A DNA stretch of 42,381 bases from an uncultured Lentisphaerales bacterium (GTDB lineage: Bacteria; Verrucomicrobiota; Kiritimatiellia; RFP12; UBA3636), in contig CAZUAY010000002.1 of NCBI GenBank assembly GCA_964618405.1, forward strand, positions 1-42,381, in the 5' to 3' direction. How positions within the stretch are numbered: the stretch's first letter is position 1; each line of letters opens with the position of its first letter. Positions 36,743 through 42,381 of the stretch are shown piece by piece. Below the pieces are notes generated by a model, which did not search any database, was not told the origin of the DNA, and saw only the letters and a program-made list of their open reading frames with translations. Made by a program: the position numbers and the translations under genes.

Positions 36743-36789
36743 AACGCGTTTTGTATAACAAGACAAAAATCACACTGGAAAAATTGACA

Positions 36790-38085
36790 ATGATCGACCG
36801 CTACACTCGCCCCGCCATGGCCACCCTCTGGACTCCCAAACACAAGTTCGAGGTCTGGCTACAAGTTGAACTCGCCGCCACCGAAGCTTGGGAAAAACTC
36901 GGCATTGTACCTGCCGGAACAGCAGCACGGATGCGCAAAAATGCGACGTTCACCGTCGAACGCATCGATGAGATCGAAGCCTCCACCCATCACGATGTTG
37001 TCGCCTTCACGCGGTGCGTCGCAGAGAGCCTCGGTGAAGACTCCAAATGGCTCCACTACGGCTTAACCTCCACCGATGTCGTCGACACTGCCATGGCTGT
37101 CAATGTGCACGAAGCGTGCATCATGATCATTGAGGGCGTTAAGACCTTGATTGCCACCCTCGCAGTTCAGGCCGAGAAATATCGCAAGACGCCCGTCATG
37201 GGCCGTACGCACGGTGTGCATGCCGAGCCCACCACCTTCGGCATGAAGTTCCTGCTCTGGCACTCGGACATGCAGCGGTGCCTGAAGCGGCTTGAGGCTG
37301 CAGCCGAAACGATGCGCGTCGGTAAACTCTCTGGTGCCGTCGGCAATTACGGCAACATTGATCCCTTCGTTGAAAAATACGTCTGCGAAAAACTCGGCAT
37401 TAACCCCTCCCCTGTTTCTACGCAGGTTCTCCAGCGCGATCGCCACGCCGAACTGCTCTGTACCATCGCCATCACCGGTGCCTGCGTCGAAAAAATCGCC
37501 ACCGAAATCCGTCACTGTCAACGCACCGAACTGCGCGAAGCCGAAGAGCCCTTCGGTAAAGGCCAGAAGGGCTCGTCCACCATGCCGCACAAACGCAACC
37601 CGGTCAAGAGTGAAAACCTCTGTGGCCTTGCACGCGTCCTGCGTGGCTATGCGGTGACCGCCCTCGAAGACATCGCCCTCTGGCATGAACGCGACATCTC
37701 CCATTCCTCCGCCGAGCGCATCATTATTTCTGGCAGCACGGCCCTGCTCGACTACATGCTCGAACGCATCAACTTCATCGTTGAAGGTCTACTTGTTTAT
37801 CCCGAGAACATGCTCCGCTCGATGGACATGAGCCATGGGCTCGTCTACTCGCAGAGCGTGATGCTCGCCCTCGTTACCGCCGGTATGCTGCGGGAAAGCG
37901 CCTACGACCTTGTCCAACGCCTCGCCATGCAATCGTGGAGTGAAGATTCAGATTATAAAACCCTCCTTCTCGCCAACGAAGAGGTCATGCAACACCTTAC
38001 GAAGGCTGAAATCGACGACCTTTGTCGCCCAGAGAACAGCTTCAAGCACATCGACAAAATCTTCGATCGAAACTTAAAAGTCTAG
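36790..38085 (+). CDS. purB: Adenylosuccinate lyase
   Basis: MIDRYTRPAMATLW is the canonical PurB N-terminus. GRTHGVHAEPTTFG and the fumarate-lyase signature GSSTMPHKRNP are present. The tracked ORF starts at TTG 36751, but ATG 36790 is preferred. Confidence 0.95.
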   Translation: MIDRYTRPAMATLWTPKHKFEVWLQVELAATEAWEKLGIVPAGTAARMRKNATFTVERIDEIEASTHHDVVAFTRCVAESLGEDSKWLHYGLTSTDVVDTAMAVNVHEACIMIIEGVKTLIATLAVQAEKYRKTPVMGRTHGVHAEPTTFGMKFLLWHSDMQRCLKRLEAAAETMRVGKLSGAVGNYGNIDPFVEKYVCEKLGINPSPVSTQVLQRDRHAELLCTIAITGACVEKIATEIRHCQRTELREAEEPFGKGQKGSSTMPHKRNPVKSENLCGLARVLRGYAVTALEDIALWHERDISHSSAERIIISGSTALLDYMLERINFIVEGLLVYPENMLRSMDMSHGLVYSQSVMLALVTAGMLRESAYDLVQRLAMQSWSEDSDYKTLLLANEEVMQHLTKAEIDDLCRPENSFKHIDKIFDRNLKV

Positions 38086-38228
38086 CCCCAAATGGGCTCT
38101 ATGCGTGGTGTCAAACTTTAGCAAAGCGGGGACATTCTTGTTCCCCCCTCCTTTTGGGAAGACCCTTCTTGGTTTACGACTCCAACAACGCGCTCGTGAG
38201 ACGTTTCTGACGAGTTCCTAAATTGAGC

Positions 38229-41200
38229 ATGACAACTGAAGCCGCCAACCGAGAACCAAAATTACCTGGATCGGCTCAAGCAATTTTGGAGCTTCCGATC
38301 AACGTCCACAAGGCGGAAATCATGGCCGCCATACGTGCCAACCCAGTCGTGGTGATCTGCGGCGAAACGGGTTCCGGTAAAACCACACAAATTCCGAAGA
38401 TCTGCCTCGAACTGGGCCGTGGCACAAGAGGTCTCATTGGCTGCACACAACCACGGCGTGTTGCCGCCGTCACGGTCGCTGAGCGGGTCGCCCAAGAACT
38501 GGGCGCACAGGGCAACCTTGTGGGCTGGCAACACCGGTTCACACGCCATACTTCCTCCGCCAATCGAATCAAGTTCATGACGGACGGTATTTTGCTGGCC
38601 GAAATCCGCGACAATCCGCTACTTTCAAATTACGACACGATCATGGTCGATGAGGCGCACGAGCGTACACTGAACATCGACTTCATCCTCGGATGCATCA
38701 AGCGCATCTTGCCACGCAGACCCGACCTCAAGGTCATCGTTTCCTCCGCAACACTCGAAACCTCGCGATTTTCCGAGTTTTTCGACAATGCTCCCGTCAT
38801 CAACATCCCCGGTCGAACGTATCCCGTGGAGGTACGCTACCACGACATTGGGGAAGACGCCGACCTCGCAAAAGCTGTTGCCGACTCCGTGCAAGAAGCC
38901 CTTACAGGCCCCGTCGATGGCGACATCCTCGTCTTCCTGCCCGGCGAACGCGACATCCGAGCCGCCGCGGAGGCCGTTCAGGGAAGATCCCTTTCACATA
39001 CAGCCGTCATTCCGCTCATGGCAAGCCTTCCTCCTGCCGAGCAGAAACGAGCCTTCCAAATCATCCCGAGTGTGCGTCGCATTATTCTCTCCACCAACGT
39101 CGCCGAAACCTCCGTAACCATCCCCGGCGTCCGGTACGTGATTGATTCAGGCCTTGCGCGCATTAGCCGCTACGATCACCGTGCGCGCGTCAAGCGCCTG
39201 CACATTGAGGCGATCTCGAAAGCCTCCGCCGAACAGCGTAAAGGCCGTTGCGGACGCATAGGACCGGGCATCTGTATCCGCCTCTATGCCGAGGACGACC
39301 TACAGAAGCGCTCCGACTACACGGACCCCGAAATTCGGCGCACATCGCTGGCCGGCCTCATTCTATCGATGTTCGACTGGCAACTCGGCGATTTGTCCGA
39401 ATTCCCATTCCTTCAGCCTCCCGCATCCGCCATGATCCGCGAGGGCTACAAGGAGCTTCTCGAGCTGGGAGCCATTCGCGAAAATGAACCTCATTCCGAC
39501 GGCACGCCCCCACGCTACAAATATGCGATCACGCGTCTCGGTCGCCAGATCGTCCAGCTCCCGCTCGATCCGCGTCTTTCGCGCATGCTTCTCGCCGCCG
39601 ATTCCGAGCGCTCGGTTCGCGATGCCCTCACCGTCGTCTCGGCCCTCTCCTGCGAAGATCCGCTGGTCCGTCCCGCAGATAAATTGGAGGAAGCAACCCG
39701 CTGCCATGCCAAGTTTAAGGCAGAAAAATCGGACTTTGCCAGCATTCTCTTACTCTGGCGCTTCTTTAATGATCCAGCAGCTCCGCTGTCGCGAAGCGCC
39801 ATGCGCCGCCGCTGCGCCGATAACTTCATCGCCTTCCGCAAGCTCTGCGAATGGGAAGATGTTCGCGACCAACTTGAACGCTACATGAAGTCGATGAAAA
39901 TCGATCCCAACTCAACTTCAGACTCCGATGTCGGTCTCCACAAAGCGTTGCTAACTGGCCTTCTGTCCAATATCGGTATGTGGGATGCGGAATCGCGCGA
40001 TTACCGCGGCGCCAATGGCATCCGTTTTTCAGTATTCCCCGGATCGTGTCTCTACAAAAAACCGCCGAAGTGGATCGTGTGCGCAGAGCTCGTCGACACA
40101 TCGCGACTCTACGCACGCCGCGCTGCATCGATCGATTCTGTTTGGATCGAACCTATTGCTCGCCATATTGCGAAGTACAATTATCATTCAGAATACTGGG
40201 ATCCCATGGTTGGAACGGCACGCGCCATTCGCAAGGTCTTACTGTTCGGGCTGCTTATCTCCGACGGCGTTCGCTGCGATCTATCCCGAATGAACCCAGA
40301 GCTTTCCAGAGCGATGTTCATACGGCAAGGATTGATTGATGGACTTTTCCCCAAGCCAATCCCGAAATGCATCTCGCAGAATCTCGACTTCATGGGCAAA
40401 CGCATCGCGGCATCCCACAAGACTCGCTCAGCAGATCCTGATGCCAATAAAGAGGAGTTTATTGCGTTATACGAAGCGCGTCTTCCTGCGCGATGCGTGA
40501 ATGTTCCTGCACTACGTAACTGGCTTTCCAAGGCCCCAGCAGCAGAAGTCGAAAGACTAACCTTTCGCGAAGCCGACTTCGAAACCCCTTCCGATGCTGC
40601 CGCCGGATTTCCCGATCAAGTCATGCTCGCAGGTCGCCGATTCCAGCTCAAGTATCGCCACAACCTCGGCGGTGACGACGATGGAATAACGTGCACACTC
40701 AACATGCAAGAGATCCCGCTCCTGCGCCTCTGGCTTAGCGATTGGCTTGTTCCTGGCGCCCTTCGGGACAAAGTCGTCTACATGCTGCGTCAGCTTACCC
40801 GTGCCACACTCTCGCAAATTGCAGAAGCCCTCGGTGGTGACTTAAAAGCGCGTGACATCGAAGGCATCGCGGATGCTTGCATCGACGCGATGGATCGGCA
40901 TGTCCCACTTTCACTATCGCTCGCGCGGATGCTCAGCCACGACTGTCATATCGGTATCGACCCCACGTTGTGGGACGAGCAAAGTATTCCTGAACCGTTC
41001 ATCATGCGGTGGCGAATTATCGATGAGAATCGTAAAGAGGTTTTTGTCTCCCGATCGAAGGCCGAAATCTTTGACTTCTATCGTGAATTAAAAGCCCTCG
41101 ACGCGGCTTATGCAACAGCAAACTCAGCCTTCCAATACGGCGATTCTAAGTTCGTAGAAATCGGTGGCATAAAATCTCTGAACTTTCCAGCTTTGCCGGA

Positions 41201-42089
41201 GTCGATCTTGATCGGCCATGCGGGAAGTCCAATTGTCGCCTTCCCTGCCCTTTGCGACGATATCGACTCCGTCTCTGTCCGGCTCTTCGCAAGCGCAGAT
41301 GTGGCACTCGCTTCGCACCAAAAAGGCGTCTTGCGGCTGATCATGATTTCGGAAAAATTCACTGCCGAAAACCGGACACAGTCTCCCAAAAAGACTGCCA
41401 CGCAAACCGTGCTTCGCAAAGGCTTCCAATCGCTACCACCCGCGCCCGTTCTCGCAACGAAGACCTCGCCAAACTCCCTTTTGCCACCGCAGTCGAATTT
41501 GGCACGCGATATCCTGAGCTGCGTCTTGCACGCCGCTTTCGTGGCAGTGTCCCCCACTCTGCCACGGTCACCCGATGCCCTCGCCTTATTGATTACAGCA
41601 AAGCGCGCAAAGTTCAACGAATTGATGCGTCAAGTCCCGAAGCTCGTCGAAGCAATTTTGAGTTCTGCAGACTCGTGTTTAAAAACATTAGATCATGCGC
41701 CGAATCTCCCGAACGAAAGTGCCGATGACATTGCGGAGCAAATCGGCTGGCTCATCTTTCCAGGGTTTGCCGGACTTGTGTCGCTGGATCATCTTCTGGA
41801 ATATCCGCGTTATCTTAACGCCATCCTCATCCGCATCGAGCGCGGCAATCTCGATCCTGCAAAGGAACGCAAGAAGTTGGAGAGCGTGAAACCCATCTGG
41901 AAACGTCACATTGACTTTGTTGAAACGCTTTCACACCGCCCACCCCACAACGCAGCAGCGCTCGAAGCGCACCGCTGGCTGGTGGAAGAACTTCGCGTAT
42001 CCATCTGGGCGCAGGAACTCCGCACCCCTACCCCAGTCTCACCCCAGCGCCTCGACAAACTCTGGGAAACCGTCTCAATCTTTTGTTGA
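38229..42089 (+). CDS. hrpA: ATP-dependent RNA helicase HrpA (DEAH-box)
   Basis: About 1286 aa. It has GETGSGKTTQIPK, DEAHERTLN, SATLE, TNVAETSVTIPG and QRKGRCGR, plus the long HrpA-specific C-terminal region. Confidence 0.9.
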   Translation: MTTEAANREPKLPGSAQAILELPINVHKAEIMAAIRANPVVVICGETGSGKTTQIPKICLELGRGTRGLIGCTQPRRVAAVTVAERVAQELGAQGNLVGWQHRFTRHTSSANRIKFMTDGILLAEIRDNPLLSNYDTIMVDEAHERTLNIDFILGCIKRILPRRPDLKVIVSSATLETSRFSEFFDNAPVINIPGRTYPVEVRYHDIGEDADLAKAVADSVQEALTGPVDGDILVFLPGERDIRAAAEAVQGRSLSHTAVIPLMASLPPAEQKRAFQIIPSVRRIILSTNVAETSVTIPGVRYVIDSGLARISRYDHRARVKRLHIEAISKASAEQRKGRCGRIGPGICIRLYAEDDLQKRSDYTDPEIRRTSLAGLILSMFDWQLGDLSEFPFLQPPASAMIREGYKELLELGAIRENEPHSDGTPPRYKYAITRLGRQIVQLPLDPRLSRMLLAADSERSVRDALTVVSALSCEDPLVRPADKLEEATRCHAKFKAEKSDFASILLLWRFFNDPAAPLSRSAMRRRCADNFIAFRKLCEWEDVRDQLERYMKSMKIDPNSTSDSDVGLHKALLTGLLSNIGMWDAESRDYRGANGIRFSVFPGSCLYKKPPKWIVCAELVDTSRLYARRAASIDSVWIEPIARHIAKYNYHSEYWDPMVGTARAIRKVLLFGLLISDGVRCDLSRMNPELSRAMFIRQGLIDGLFPKPIPKCISQNLDFMGKRIAASHKTRSADPDANKEEFIALYEARLPARCVNVPALRNWLSKAPAAEVERLTFREADFETPSDAAAGFPDQVMLAGRRFQLKYRHNLGGDDDGITCTLNMQEIPLLRLWLSDWLVPGALRDKVVYMLRQLTRATLSQIAEALGGDLKARDIEGIADACIDAMDRHVPLSLSLARMLSHDCHIGIDPTLWDEQSIPEPFIMRWRIIDENRKEVFVSRSKAEIFDFYRELKALDAAYATANSAFQYGDSKFVEIGGIKSLNFPALPESILIGHAGSPIVAFPALCDDIDSVSVRLFASADVALASHQKGVLRLIMISEKFTAENRTQSPKKTATQTVLRKGFQSLPPAPVLATKTSPNSLLPPQSNLARDILSCVLHAAFVAVSPTLPRSPDALALLITAKRAKFNELMRQVPKLVEAILSSADSCLKTLDHAPNLPNESADDIAEQIGWLIFPGFAGLVSLDHLLEYPRYLNAILIRIERGNLDPAKERKKLESVKPIWKRHIDFVETLSHRPPHNAAALEAHRWLVEELRVSIWAQELRTPTPVSPQRLDKLWETVSIFC

Positions 42090-42290
42090 GTAATTAAAAA
42101 TTAAAAATTACGAATTACAGACCTCACTAAAAGATCTTAATTACGGAAATATAGTCGCAGATAGTATTCCCTTCTTCAGCATCACCTATATACCCTCGTG
42201 CCTGAGGGACGCGCCAGAAGGGCTGCGATGGGCAAGCCCTCCGCGCGGCCGCGCCGCGAAAAAAAGATGAGGGAACTTTTTCATCCCCAA

Positions 42291-42326
42291 AAACTTTGTC
42301 GCAAACTTTGTCGCAAACTTTGTCGT
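42291..42326. repeat. Tandem 12-bp repeat x3 (aaactttgtcgc)
   Basis: The units are at 42291-302, 42303-314 and 42315-326 (the last ends in t). The repeat lies in the intergenic region after hrpA, near the window edge. Confidence 0.7.
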
Positions 42327-42381
42327 AGACAGGAGAAGTCTCACGCGAAGACGCCTGCGTGTGCAGGAACGGCTGACGAGC

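Noticed and set aside
38086-38228. Terminator or small ORF (38022-38210) between purB and hrpA
   Set aside because: There is only a 5-bp stem (agccc/gggct). The 62-aa ORF overlaps the purB 3' end out of frame and has no coding features.
42092-42122. AT-rich inverted repeat gtaatt...aattac after hrpA, considered as a terminator
   Set aside because: The stem is only 6 bp and AT-only, with a 10-nt loop and no T-tract. It is too weak to call.

Overview
This is a 42.4-kb bacterial chromosomal window. All calls come from reading the sequence and ORF track, because no searches could be run. The gene content suggests a glycan-degrading PVC-type bacterium (Verrucomicrobia, Kiritimatiellia or Planctomycetes-like), but this is inference only.

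Layout:
- 0.3-9.2 kb: a glycan cluster with two sialate O-acetylesterase paralogs, a GT-C-like membrane protein, a methyltransferase-like protein, a GT4 glycosyltransferase and UDP-glucuronate decarboxylase.
- 9.4-13.8 kb: two tandem DUF4838-like secreted paralogs.
- 14.0-14.8 kb: a DUF4338 (DruA-like) gene relic and a small membrane protein with a C-terminal Cys/His motif.
- 14.95-26.4 kb: an accessory island bracketed by 27-bp imperfect direct repeats. It carries a GC-rich structured element, vapBC, a block of simple-sequence repeats and a tightly packed four-gene operon. The operon encodes a Type III-like Mod methyltransferase, a PHP-phosphoesterase/SMC-like ATPase fusion, a Schlafen/AlbA_2 protein, and a Type III-like Res helicase-nuclease with an extra C-terminal domain carrying a HEPN-like Rx5H motif. 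This operon is the best candidate for an undescribed composite defence system.
- 26.4-33.0 kb: sugar-metabolism genes plus a minimal nucleotidyltransferase pair.
- 33.3-38.1 kb: purA and purB, split by an AT-rich two-gene Type II R-M cassette.
- 38.2-42.1 kb: hrpA.

Small repeats include a 40-bp perfect palindromic element in two inverted copies (one with a 9-bp target duplication) and a MITE-like hairpin element with a hexamer-microsatellite core. No rRNA, tRNA or CRISPR array was recognised.
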